Below are positions 1-12,092 of a stretch of 64,000 nt of DNA, piece after piece. The notes under the pieces are model-generated. The model was not told the DNA's origin. It did no database searches and saw only the letters and a list, made by a program, of their open reading frames with translations. The position numbers were made by a program, and so were the translations under genes. Source of the DNA: Balanoglossus misakiensis (lineage: Eukaryota; Animalia; Hemichordata); contig CM082596.2 of the NCBI GenBank assembly GCA_040954595.2, forward strand, positions 4,670,181 through 4,734,180, read 5' to 3'. Position 1 is the first letter of the stretch; every line of letters begins with the position of its first letter.

Positions 1-1015
1 TACACTACATACCAAGACTGAACCATGAATCATAATAACATGCTCTGGGGCTGTCTGCATATCTGCTTTGATGGAATGCCATGAGATATTTTAAAGTATA
101 TATATCGCATCAAAGAATTGAAGTTTCTTATCCTATAGCCTGATAATGTGATACAAGACTTAAAATGTATTTTTATTATGATCAGATGGGGAGAAAAATA
201 CAAGGTTCCCATACAGACATATTATTATTAAAGAGAATCATTCACTACTGTATCTTTTAGTTTTGGGGTATATTTCAAGTGATGTATTATCTTTATATCT
301 AATTTCTAAACCGCAAGCTTCACCTGTCAGTAAATTAAGTGTGTCAAACCATTGGGGGGGGGGGAATCAAAGCAAGAATAATACATTCACTGTTTTCACA
401 TACTGGAATGCCATAATCAATGGTAAATATGCGAAGACGTCAATCTTGATCTTGAGAACTGTGCTGTGACAATAAACGTCTTAATAAACTACGTGTTATT
501 TCAATGGTTTTCTGACTCACTCAGTTATATAAATGAGAAACAATCGCACGCCATCTCCTTGGACGTCGCTGTGAGTGTGACTCATAAATAATACATTTCT
601 ATCCGGCATAGTTTACAAGTTTAATTTCCAATAGTTATACTTTCAACTCAAATATAGGGTATTGAAAACATTTATGTTCAGTAAAGATCTGTTAAAAGAA
701 ACACTAGTTGGCAATGACAATTCGTTAGATTTTTTAACGCCCTTCCTCGTCAACTACAAACGCTTCCTGGTTCCAGGTACGTGTTTATGGGGAACGACAT
801 CCCCCTTCATTCGATCAGAGTACGACTGTCAACAACTATGAGGCAAAAACGGAAGCCCTGTTTTTTAAAGAGAAAACTTAGATCCAGTACAAAATCTCGT
901 CCTTATGCATTTCGTGCAGGTAACAGTGAAGCAATAAAATGCATATGAACAAGAAAGTGAACAATTGCAACAGACTTCCGCTTTTTAAAAATCACGATAG
1001 AACTTGCGGTCTTAC

Positions 1016-1020
1016 CTCAT
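1016..1020 (-). CDS. Putative first coding micro-exon (ATG AG | GTAAGA) of a gene divergent from SRP9; probably Ena/VASP family (ENAH-like); the rest lies outside the window
   Basis: Minus strand reads ...gccagaATGAG|gtaaga, a strong donor at 1015. It ends a ~240-nt leader starting near a YY1-type AAAATGGCG at 1258-1250. Vertebrate ENAH/VASP/EVL begin with a 5-nt ATG AG coding exon, and ENAH is head-to-head with SRP9 in human. Identity is inference. Confidence 0.5.
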
Positions 1021-1249
1021 TCTGGCACTGGGACCAACTACAGTAGGTTAGGTGGACACCAACAACTGGACAGCTGACAAAACAAAGGCACCCTTGGAGA
1101 TTTCGGTGAAAAAGCCCTCTCTTTTGGAATCAAAGCAACGTCGTCCCCTTCAGACTGGTCACCAGTGAGAACAAAAGGGTTGGAACACCTATGAGATTAC
1201 GTGGAGCTGGAGTTATCGAGGTTGAACGGAAACTACTTCACATGCAAGA

Positions 1250-1564
1250 CGCCATTTTGTATCGTCGCAAATGTGAAGCTGCTATGAATCATGGGATAGA
1301 AGCGGAAATTGAGACAGTTATTTTGGAAGAATGCACGACGTTTAGTTCCTTTTCATTGAGGGTTGAAATCGTGCGACAATTGCGCACTCCTGCCAGACTT
1401 TTTAAGTAGGTACGAAAATATCTCGTTCTGTACGAGGCCAGAAGTTTGATGACCCTTGATTACGCACGCATGCGCAAGGTATCTGTTCTACAACGCGGAA
1501 GTGCAACACCGCATCCAGCTGTTACGTGTTAGTTTGTTGTGCTTTTTGAAATGAAATTGTAATC
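1250..1564. promoter_or_regulatory. Bidirectional housekeeping-type promoter between SRP9 and the divergent exon
   Basis: YY1-like GCCATTTT (1251-1258), NRF1-like CACGCATGCGC (~1465-1475) and ETS CGGAAGT (1496-1502) lie between two divergent ATGs 545 bp apart. Confidence 0.55.
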
Positions 1565-2317
1565 ATGACGTATATAACATCGTGGGAAGAATTTGCCAAG
1601 GCTTCGGAGAAACTATATCTCGCCAATCCAGACAAGGTAACGAATGATTTTTTGATATGCGAGTCACAAATCCCAGTTCCTCGCCGGCCGGTGCAAATCA
1701 TGACCCGCATTGGTTGTGAAACAAACATGTGGGAGTCTCATGCCACATTACATGTACACTCGCGTCAGCAATGGATTCACAAATCAGCGAGGCCTACCAG
1801 GTATATACATGTACCACAGTGCGGTGGTCGAACGAAGGGCAGCCCGAAAAACAACGCATTGCAGTCCTTTGTCTAACACGATTTATACAATTACAAAGAC
1901 AAGATGGCGTACATGTTTCTTGTTCAGTACACATGACTGAAAATCATTTTTTACCCCTTTCAGGTTCGCTTTGTGGTCAAATACAGACACTGTGATGGGA
2001 AACTGACAATCAAAGTCACAAATGATCAAGTGGTAAGTGGGGTGGAAGTGATGACCAAAGATAATCTTATCAGTTTGTGTCTGGTGTGTACTCTTCTGCA
2101 TGAGTGCAAATGTCCCTGTTTGTGACTGAGTTCAACTTCAGCAGTTGTGTGTGTGTCTGTGTGTGTGTGTGAAGGCATGACACCAAATTTACAGTACTGT
2201 ACTTATTTCTCTTCTTTGCAGTGTCTACAGTACAGAACTGAGCACGCCCAGGATGTCAAGAAACTTGAAAAGCTGAGCAATACTCTGATGAGATCCATGG
2301 TTTCCAAGGAACACTGA
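1565..2317 (+). CDS. SRP9: Signal recognition particle 9 kDa protein (3 exons, 78 aa)
   Basis: Exons 1565-1636 (MTYITSWEEFAKASEKLYLANPDK), 1964-2032 (VRFVVKYRHCDGKLTIKVTNDQV), 2222-2317 (CLQYRTEHAQDVKKLEKLSNTLMRSMVSKEH*). GT-AG introns, both phase 0. Recognisable SRP9 motifs WEEF, KYRHCDG, CLQY.T..AQDVKK.EK. AATAAA at 2664-2669. Confidence 0.96.
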
Positions 2318-3186
2318 TCACAAACTGGCGTCCAAGATACAAGCAGGAAAATCAAGATTGACAAACTATGAACTGTGTGCAAATGACTAGGACGTTTAAC
2401 TCACAGAAATTGACAAAAGGAGTTGATGTACGTCCTCTTTGAAAGAACGTTGGTGTCTGTGGGACAGAAGGCGATGTTTAACTTTTTGGTTCGAAACTGC
2501 TGTAGATACACAAAGCAAAAATACTGAAAACATAGACAGAGAGTGTAGTATGCCCCCTACACAGGATGACTTTGTTTCTTTGAAAGACCCTGGCCTATTT
2601 TATTTTCCAGTATGAACACTTCGTTTTAAAGTACTGTAGGGCATTTTTATTTTCCCTTCTGCAAATAAAATTTCTTTAAATAATATTTAAAGTAGTTACT
2701 GAGTCGTATATGTTGTGACTTGACAAGGAATATAACATTTACTGACCAGACAGCATCAACGAAACATTTCAGAGAAACCATTTGAATTTTGCAGAAAACT
2801 GATAAGATTATTCATATACATGTTTGATTCTACTCTTTTAATCTGGAACACACGATTTTCACCCAAATATTCAGTCGTTGGGAAACTTGAAAAATCATTG
2901 CGACGAGTTCTAAGTTCGGGCGTTGAGGGCGTCAATAGAAAAGAAGCGTGCGATTGCAATTTTGGAGAAGACTATGCTGCGCTTATGGGATGGGGTAGGG
3001 TCCTACACATGTGTGAAAGGATATGTGGTTTGAATCAACACGAAGCGTTACTGAATCACGTTAAATTGCCTGAAAAAAAATATCTGGATTCACAAAGAAG
3101 GGGGGGAGGGGAGTGAGTTTGAAAACTTTTCCCCTTATACCTTCAGTCACGTTGTTTGAAAGTACAATTTATATACCTGGGTGAGA

Positions 3187-3807
3187 CTAAAACGAAGGAA
3201 ACCGAAGGAAACTGAAGGACACTGTTTTTTCCATATTTTAGTGCGAAGGAAAAGGTTTTCTCTATGCTGGTGGCCGAAGGACTGGTTTAGCTTCGAATTA
3301 AACGCCGAAGGAAAGCGAAGGACGCTGATTTATCCATATTTAAGTGCGAAGGAAAAGGTTTTCTCTATGCTGGTGGCCGAAGGATAGGTTTAGTTCGGTA
3401 ATTAATTATGTTGGTGGCCGAAGGACAGGTTTAGTTCGGTAATTAAAGCCGCAGGACGGGTTCAGCTCCGTAATTTTGGCCGAAGGAGAGCGAAGGACAC
3501 TGATTTTTCCATATTTTAGTGCGAAGGACACGGTTTTCTGTATGCTAGAGGCCGAAGGACAGGTTTAGCTAAGTAATTAAAGCCAAAGGACGGGTGTAGC
3601 TCCGTAATTTTTGCCGAAGGAAACCGAAGGACGCTGATTTATCCGTATTTTAGTGCGAAGGACGTGGTTTTCTGTATGCTGGTGGCCGAAGGACAGGTGT
3701 AGCTCAGTAATTTAGGGCGAAGGAAAGCGAAGGACAGTCATATTTCCATTTTTTAGGGCGAAGGAAAAGGAAGGACAGTCATATTTCCATATTTTAGGGC
3801 GAAGGAC
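3187..3807 (+). repeat. Irregular tandem array of CGAAGGA-anchored units (left arm of the foldback element)
   Basis: More than 25 (C)GAAGGA cores with recurring spacer modules (TTTCCATATTTTAG, GGTTTTCTCTATGCTGGTGGC, GGTTTAGCT...TAATT). Confidence 0.9.
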
Positions 3808-3929
3808 ACGATTCTCTCACGATTATCAGAGACTTGGCGTCAGCTAGTACACGTCTGACCAGAGTTACTGATATCAATGTCGAGATCTTAAGTAGAGTGT
3901 CATGTTTACACGAAACAAATCTAAACAAA

Positions 3930-4087
3930 CATACCTCATAGAAATGCTATCACTAATTCTACGTAACAATACTTTTGAATTAAACAACAAATTCTACAAG
4001 CAAACATGCAGTTGTACCGTGGGCTCAAATGCTTCACCGGGAATAGCCGACATTACGTTCCATGAACTGGAAATGAAAAACAACTGA
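3930..4087 (+). pseudogene. Degenerate reverse-transcriptase fragment, Penelope-like retroelement type
   Basis: LIEMLSLILRNNTFELNNKFYKQTCSCTVGSNASPGIADITFHELE resembles the PLE RT block LL.L.L..N.F.F....Y.Q..G.AMGS..SP..A.IFM..LE. The AMG motif is decayed and the frame stops right after. Confidence 0.7.
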
Positions 4088-4210
4088 CAAAAAACGATCT
4101 CAACACAAGATCACACTATTGATATCCTAGTTCCGAGATACAGAGAGATGGATACTAATGTCCTTCTCCCTAAAATATGGAGAATCACTGTCCTTCGCTT
4201 TCCTGAGTTA

Positions 4211-4992
4211 GGTGCGGAATTGTGTCTTATTGAAGGGGCATTTCTAAACTACATGTATTGTCTAAGGAAGCTAATTTAGCTAATAATGATAAACACGGCT
4301 TTTTTCAAGATAATTATCACTTTCTAAATATCGTTCTAAACTTTCTAAACTAGCAGCAGTTTAGAAAGTTGGACTACTTGGGCGTTTACAAATGTACGGC
4401 GTACACTTTGGAAGTAGGCTTGGAATGAAGAGAGAGACGGGATGGCCAGTACTTCGGTGGGAAGTCAAATGTGATCTTTGTTTTATTTTAACAGTATATA
4501 TAGTCGAAGTTCTAACTCTGACTTTTTACAACACCTCATAATGGTAGAACAATGGTGTTTAGACATTGATTAACCTGAGACTTCAGTCGTTGCACAGAAC
4601 AATGGTGTCATACAAACGAAGCCCATATCTCAATAAACTGAGAGGAGTTTTGAGATAAGGCTTGATTTGGGCAATAAACGATTCCCAACATTCTCCCGTC
4701 CGCAAATATTGAAATTGAAATGCACCAATTGAAATCATACATGAAAATTCCGCAAATATTGGAATGGAAATACAGCACTTATATCGTCGGCAGAAAATTT
4801 TAGTCGGGGGGGGGGGGGCTTTCTAAACTGTGGCTAATTTATAAATTTAGAACGATATTTAGAAAGCGATAATTATCGTAGTGATAATTATCCTTAAAAC
4901 TTAGATAGTTTAGAACTATTTAGCTACAGCTAATTTAGCTTTCTACACTTGTAGCTAAACTTTCTAAAAACGATAAAACGCAATTCCGCACC
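4211..4992. mobile_element. PIF/Harbinger-type MITE nested in the right arm of the foldback element
   Basis: TIR GGTGCGGAATTG / CAATTCCGCACC, flanked by TTA on both sides (4208-4210, 4993-4995). Subterminal inverted block GATAATTATCACTTTCTAAATATCGTTCTAAA (~4309-4340) vs ~4846-4877. It interrupts the TCCTTCG array. Confidence 0.8.
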
Positions 4993-7900
4993 TTACTGGC
5001 TTCCCTTCGCCCTAAAATATGGAAAAATCAGTGTCCTTCGGTTTCCTTCGGCCCAAATTACGGAGCTACACCCGTCCTTCGGCGTTTAATTCGAAGCTAA
5101 ACCAGTCCTTCGGCCCCCAGCATAGAGAAAACCACGTCCTTCGCACTAAAATACGGATAAATCAGCGTCCTTCGGTTTCCTTCGGTTTCCTTCGTTTTAG
5201 GTTATGCTATATACCTTGTGGAGAACTTGGTCGCTAAATAACCCATACTTTCTCGGGTAGAGAGTTGAAAAATCCCCTTGGTGGTGTTTTCTGGCGCGTT
5301 CATTTACACAAGTTCATTTACACAGGAATTGGTTTAGACCTAAATCTTTCCTAGAAGTCCGCCACGCACCCAGCGTACCACAGCAACAAGGCACTGTGCA
5401 AACACTGAAATTAATAACTGTTAGTTAACCAAATGAAAAAGCGTAAACATGCAGCAAAATAAGTTCACCTTGACCTTGTTTGTGACACTATATCATGACT
5501 CTATTTTGAATTAACTGTGCAGCAACTACCGGGGGTAAGTACATTGTACATATTGCATCAGTCCAGGGTAGCAGTAAATCTTGGGGTGAAATTTTCACTT
5601 GCCGAATCATATATCAGCCAAACGCACAATCATAAGCATAATCTCATTTTCATCGCCAGCTTATGATTTTATAACAAACTGAAACAACAGTTTCATTGAT
5701 CATAACGCGAATGTCCGAGTTACTGGGCGAGGGACCCCGTTTTTATTAAAACGTGGAAAGTGTAATTGAAAAGAAAAAATAAGGACAACAGTTTAATTAA
5801 AAACTGGACTATTTATTATGGGCAGTGTTTCTCCATATACGCCTTTAAAATATCTTACACTTAAATGTTAACAAATTTTTAATTTTTTCCCAAAAAGATC
5901 GTTGAACCTACTCCTTACCCTATACCTTAATTCATGTTGGCCCTCGAGACAACCCCTCCATCCAATTCTGCTACAAGACGCGTTGCCGAGAAAGGGGTAC
6001 GACCAGATGTGTTAAAACTGACCGTTGGCGTCGCCATTGCGTTCAAGTAGATGCAGCGAGAAAAGGGGGTCACAGCGAACTACTTTGATTGAACCTGAAA
6101 CTGCAAGTGCAGTGTCAGTGATCCCCTCCAAGTTCCCCTCAAAAGGTACAACGATATAATTTATAGGTGTCGGGGAGACTAAGCATGTTTTTAATTTTCA
6201 AAACGCAAGTGAAACGCCGCACCCGCAATAAATTCCAGCGATATATGAATATAAACGGACGATGAATCGAGAGAGGTCGGAATGTCCAATAAACAGGCGC
6301 CGAACACTTGCATTGTGTTGTAAATCAAATATTGGCGTACTTTTAAGGTAACATGTGGGTTTTGCTAGGGTCTTTCATTTGAATTTCCCAAAAGTTTCCC
6401 TTTTTTGCATACAAACTATTCTTTGTTTCATAATCTCCAGAGGTAAGAACTTGTTAATAACGGATAAGACGCCGAAAGCCTGTTTAAATAGACGTCTTTG
6501 AAAAAAAATGTTAAACAGGGAGTGTTTTGCAAATTCCTGTCCTTAACCAGCATAATATTTTCTCATTTGCCATAGTGACACATTTCTTTGTCTCAATTTT
6601 TAAAAGCTAATGATCAGAAGCAGACGACAAAAAGTGTCACTGACAAGACAGACTTGTGAAGCATGAAGCAATATCACGATCGCTATAAAATTATGTCCCA
6701 GTTGTTAAATATCTGGACTCATAGCTACTCCTCCTGGCTAAATATAACTCTGGGTAACTTTATGCCTTTAAGCGTCTTGGCGTTATGCCAAAAGCATCTC
6801 AAGCCTATCAGTGACCCCCTTTATCATGTTCACTCAAGTCGCCCTACTTTAGTGTAAAATTTTGATATAAACCGCACACCAAGAGAAAACTTGAACAAAA
6901 ATGGTCATCCATGGGTTTGATATATCTTACATTATTGTTTTGAATGTGCTGCAGCTGTTGTTCGACCACTTGCTTTGCAAGTTGTGACGATCCGAAAGAC
7001 CCAAGATTTTGTTAAAGTTCTACTAGCGGTAACCTGTAGATATTGTTCAGATATTTTCCTTTTGGATTGTATGAGTCAACTTTATCGGATCCCCAAACCA
7101 TGATAAAGTGCCCAGTATTTCGATTATAAAAAAACAGCCAATATGTAAAATCAGCATTGTTATCGTTGAGACTTGAACGCAATTAATTTGTTAACAATAA
7201 CAAGAAACTGAGGTTGATACTTTGAAAAAGGCCGAAAAAACAGCAAAAAGATACAGGAAACGACCCTTTAATTCTCCTTAACTTGGCGACGAGACGTGAA
7301 GTGAGCAAACTTGACTAAACACTTTGCTGTGTCCATGGCGACAAGATTGTTTGTCACGACAACAGCATATAAACAGCGACAAAAAAATAAAAGAAATTTC
7401 CCTGTTGTGTCTTGTGACACGGTCTGCTGCCCCCAACGACCTCTACATGTCGCCCCTTCACGACCCTCTGACAGCACTTTTGATGACGTACACGGTACAC
7501 TAAGGTAACACTGTTGTATTTACGTCAACAGCCGCGGACGATGCACATTAAAACTGGTTCATAATGGTTTTTATGATCGCGTCTGTGCATCTAATTTCAC
7601 ATGTTTTATGGCGATTTCGGTTGTGACGATTGCGTGAATTGACGTCATAACGACGCGCAAAATTTAACGAAACTATAAAACTCAGCAAAAGTGTGGAACC
7701 GTGATTTATACGTTACTCCAAAATCGTTGACGAAACCGATGGAGATTACTAAAATATATTTTTTGTTTTCAGCTAGCGTTGTAAAGAAATGTCCTCACTT
7801 CGCTGTATCGCCGTTTTGGGGCCATGCACAATGACTCATCCTCGGTGATAATGGGACGTTTTCTGCAAACCAACCCATCGTCCGATCGCATGATTCAGTT

Positions 7901-10900
7901 ACTGGCTCGGTCTACTGAACAGACTCTCTGAATTGCTCAGTGAAAATTCAATCAAGCATACAAACACAATGACGACATGAAACTTCTGATCACAACATGT
8001 ATAACAACGCTATCATTTGCAATGTGCACACCAATGAGTGTTTTTAGAAATTTAAATACAAAAATATCAACATGACGCGCTTTTCCCTGAGTTTTCAAAA
8101 CGAATAACAGTGACCGGATTGAAAAGATGCGACGTCTAAAATAAAACGTAGTCAGGAGAAGGGCCTTATAATAAATAAAATGTGATTATCTAATCTGTTT
8201 TTTTTCCTAATTGCAATGAAGAAATCTGTCTTCTGTACATTTTGGGCATAGTTCATAAAGTTAGTAAAGTTAAGCTCCTTTTTTATTACATCTCACAATA
8301 TAAATATATCCCTTTGCAATATCGTTCAGTTTTTGGTCAAATAACGAGCGCATCCTCTTACTACAACTTTTTGCACAACTTGCAAGTCAACAGGTATCGA
8401 CTAAAACCGCGAAAAAAATACAAGACGATGTCGCCACGTTAGAGGTCTCGTAGCCTCATTTCTGTGACAAACTTGTTTGGGTGACTCGCTGTCGCCTTGT
8501 CGTTGTTTGTTATGGCAACACCCCCGCGTTGCTATGCCACATACGTCATAGCACACGTCACCAAAGAGATTCAAGTGGTGCCATGGAAAAAAAGGGACCC
8601 TGTAAAGGTCAAAGGGGTGTCGTAGGACACGACCGACTAAATATGTTGAGTCACCGCGTGGAATGTTTCATGAGAAACAAAAACGTTACCATGGACACGA
8701 CCACAGTTAGGGACTCGGGCCGTGACGTCACGACAAAGACGTTTGATCGCTCACACGACTTCACGCCCTTCTAAAAATACCGGGCAAGGCGACAGATGGG
8801 AACAACACTAGTTGTTCTTTGTAAATAAACCATGATGTGCATGCTAAAAATATCAACGAAGACGCTGATTATAGTGTTTTTATCTGTAGCCGGTGCACGC
8901 AATACTAATAGGGACATGAAGGCTTCACACAATGTCTCACACCGTCTGACAACTTTGTCTCTAAACATTGCACAACACCATGGTCACTCGAGAGATCGTG
9001 TCACAACGAACGATGAAATTGACCTATTAATTCCAGACTCAAACTGATAAGGATTTTACAATGTGTGGCGTCGAGACTCTGATGCATTTTCGTAAAATGC
9101 AGCAACTTTTGTTTGCTTACTAACATATCAAACATATTCAATGATCGAGTATATGTGTAGTAATACGCTGTACGGAGCAAAGTGTAGCGTTAGAAGTACA
9201 TTTATAAGACTCCCAGAAAAATGTTTGAAAGTGACCGGTTTGTGGTCAACGACTGGACAGCTGCGAACCTTGGTAGACCTGAGTTATTCCCTGACAGCAC
9301 CGAATCACCGAAATGCGACCAACGATCAAACCCTCACGCTTTGCAATCACAAGTTTAGTGCAGTTTGCATGAAACCTGGACGCGAGTTTTGAACCGCTGG
9401 CGCAATAAAACCTACAGCTACTAAACGCTTTGATACAGGTGTGTCCGACACGGGTCTTCATGCAGTCTTGCCACCGTCTTTACCAGGAATCACACATATT
9501 CTTTTTACAACAGTTGCCTGTACGGAGAGAATCGAGGTCCCTGTCCCCGTTAACTGCCATAAATTCTTCGTTTATGGTGTCCGCGCAATTTTTGGACGCC
9601 GTTTCCTCATTCCTGTCGCGGTCCCTCAACCAGGACATTGTAGGCGGGCCCCCAGTCAAACCATAGACATGTTGAAAGCTCACCTGTGCAACAAGCTTCA
9701 CTTCCAGAGAAAATATTTCTCTTCTCCACTCACGATGAAGTAGCGCCCCAACGAGTCAATTTTACCGTCCTTTTCCGGGAGTGCGATTTCCGATATGGTC
9801 CAACGTTACAGTCTCATGACCAGTGGGGGGAAAGGCGCGATTGGAACCTTCCTACGGGGATAAATTTGGTTCATTTTCCCCCAGTGTATATGGCATGTTT
9901 CGGCCATATTGGCGAACACACAGCGACTCCGCAATGATGTACATGGTCTCGATTCGGAATCTAAAATAAATGAATGTGGAGCAAGCGTGCTCCGACTGAC
10001 CATCTGCGAACATCTGTTCACCCCTTTTCAACCAATCAGAAATAGTTTATCCGATTCAGAATAACAATGTGATTGTACACGTCTTCTCTTATTATAATTA
10101 TACGCTAATAACGTGTATCAAGTCTACTTAGTAATCCAATCACCTCATACAGCTAGCGCCGGGACTTTGTTTTGTTCGAGCTGCCGACAGAAAGAGACAC
10201 CAACCTCCCAGAATCATTTCTATAACACAGCGATTTATGAATTCAAATGTTATGGCGACAAAACACGGGTCGAAAACTCTGTATAGACGTGAGATAACAC
10301 TATAAGCGCCTTGGTAGACTCGGAGATTTACGGTACCCCATGTAATACTAATCGATCGCTTACCCACGTACAGTAATTTACTCGTCAGTCTGTAGCTGAT
10401 ACTCCAAAAGTACAAGCCATATGCAAGAATGAATTGCCCACTATATATACCTGGCCATCCCTACAGATGTATATCTGTACTCAGCTGAACAGGTAGCTGA
10501 TATGAAGATCACATAATGGAATTCCCAACAGTTTCCCTAAATATGTTGAAGGTATGACGTAATCATGTAACACTGCAACCCTGTAACAACAACACTACTT
10601 ATACCAGTGTGTGTGTTGTACCTAATGTCAGGTACGGGGATTGAACACGACACTGTAGATAGACACACAACCAACAAAGTAAAACATCAAAAAGTTACTC
10701 CCAATCTTTTCAGGGCCAGAACCGCCAGCTCATGAATATCATCGATAGACGAATTCGTACAATGTGGTAGAGGGTCAAACTGGAAAACGCAATTGGAGTC
10801 CATGTTTTTTTGCTTTGGATTCTTGGTGCGGAACTTGCTCCTTCATCACGGATATCCGTCAAAGTTTTTTTTTAAAAGTGCTCCGCCCCGGTGTCCCTTC

Positions 10901-12086
10901 TTCCAGCTCGTTAAAAAGAGGGACGTTGCCATGGTGTCGACATCTTTCGTGACTTGCACTGAGGGCATTTCACGAATCGACCAGGATCTCTCCAAGGCGG
11001 GCGTTCTCAAAACCAAATTAGTCGGTCAAGTCTTCTGACGGCCCAAGTCGACACAATTTTACATTCTACACCTTGTCTTTGAGGTACATCACGCACTTCG
11101 GCTATATCGTGCTCCCAATATCCTCAAGGTACCCCAAAATAAATTGGTGGATGTTTATTGATAAAAAAGTGTAACAACCTATCATGAGGAGTCTGTGCCC
11201 TGGTCGGTCCAAAAGGTTAGAGTTCAGGTTTCGAAACCAAGTGCTTTACTGTAAAAACAGATTTCGAGTAAAACAATGCAACTGGTTTCGATATTGCAAC
11301 TATATTGTTTTGCACGGGGAGGCTATTAAGCTGTAGGGTGGACGGCGTTTGTTCGTACACAGACCCTCCCCCCCCCCCATTTGGGAATGAACTTGACGAT
11401 CGCCCGTGGAAATCGGAAAATTGAATGTTGATTAATTTTGTAGTGTCGAGTGTAAGTTTATACAACACTGGACTTATTCGCAAAATTTGAAAACTTGCCT
11501 CGAGATGTCAAAACAAAGGTTCGGGTAATACGGATCCGAGGTCGACTACCTGTTTAATGATTGACGGCTGAGATATGCGCAAATTGATTCATTTACGACT
11601 CGTGACTGGCCGTTTGGTCGGAGGGGAAAATCAGGGGTTTGGGCTGCATTCTCCCGTTCACTGTACAAACCAATAAGGAAGTCTTTTTTATTTGCCCTGT
11701 CTGGAACTTTTGATAGTTATACTAAAGCATGAACAAAACGCATTGAAAAAAGGTTAGGGGCTACAACCTGAGTTAAAGTTTTCAATAGTCTTTTGCCTCA
11801 CTCACGGAGGACAGGCTCTATAATCTGCTAAAGTTTTCGCGACAGTTTCCGTTTGTTTAAACGCGGTTTTCTCCTAACGGTTCAGTCATGATCTTCCGGA
11901 GTTTTTCAGCGGGACTGTATTTTCTACTAGTATAGTTGAGGACATAAAGTTCATCCATACAGACCTTTACACCCTGTGCGAATTGCGGCTAAACGGTGTG
12001 TTTCGATGGAGGTACAAACCAACCAACCAACCAACAAACAAACAAGAAAACGAACTCCTCCACGCAAACGCCTTCGTTCTAAACTT

Positions 12087-12092
12087 TTTTAT
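12087..12092 (-). terminator. Candidate polyadenylation signal of the NPAS4-like gene (~2.3 kb 3' UTR)
   Basis: AATAAA on the minus strand, followed by a GU/U-rich tract (reverse complement of AACC/AAAC repeats at 12016-12050), at the end of an AT-rich UTR-like stretch. Confidence 0.45.

Larger units (their letters stand above)
3179..5207. mobile_element. Foldback/Mutator-like non-autonomous DNA transposon with long modular inverted arms
   Basis: Flanked by an exact 9-bp direct repeat TATATACCT (3170-3178 and 5208-5216); termini G...C. The left arm (~3187-3807) is an array of CGAAGGA-anchored subrepeats. The right arm (~4170-4205 plus ~4996-5200) is the reverse complement (TCCTTCG), e.g. CTAAAACGAAGGAAACCGAAGGAAAC vs GTTTCCTTCGGTTTCCTTCGTTTTAG. 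Confidence 0.8.

Noticed and set aside
3187-3807. Repeat-spacer look reminiscent of a CRISPR array
   Set aside because: Spacers are themselves repeated, spacing is irregular, the context is eukaryotic, no cas genes are present, and an inverted copy plus TSD explain it as a transposon arm.
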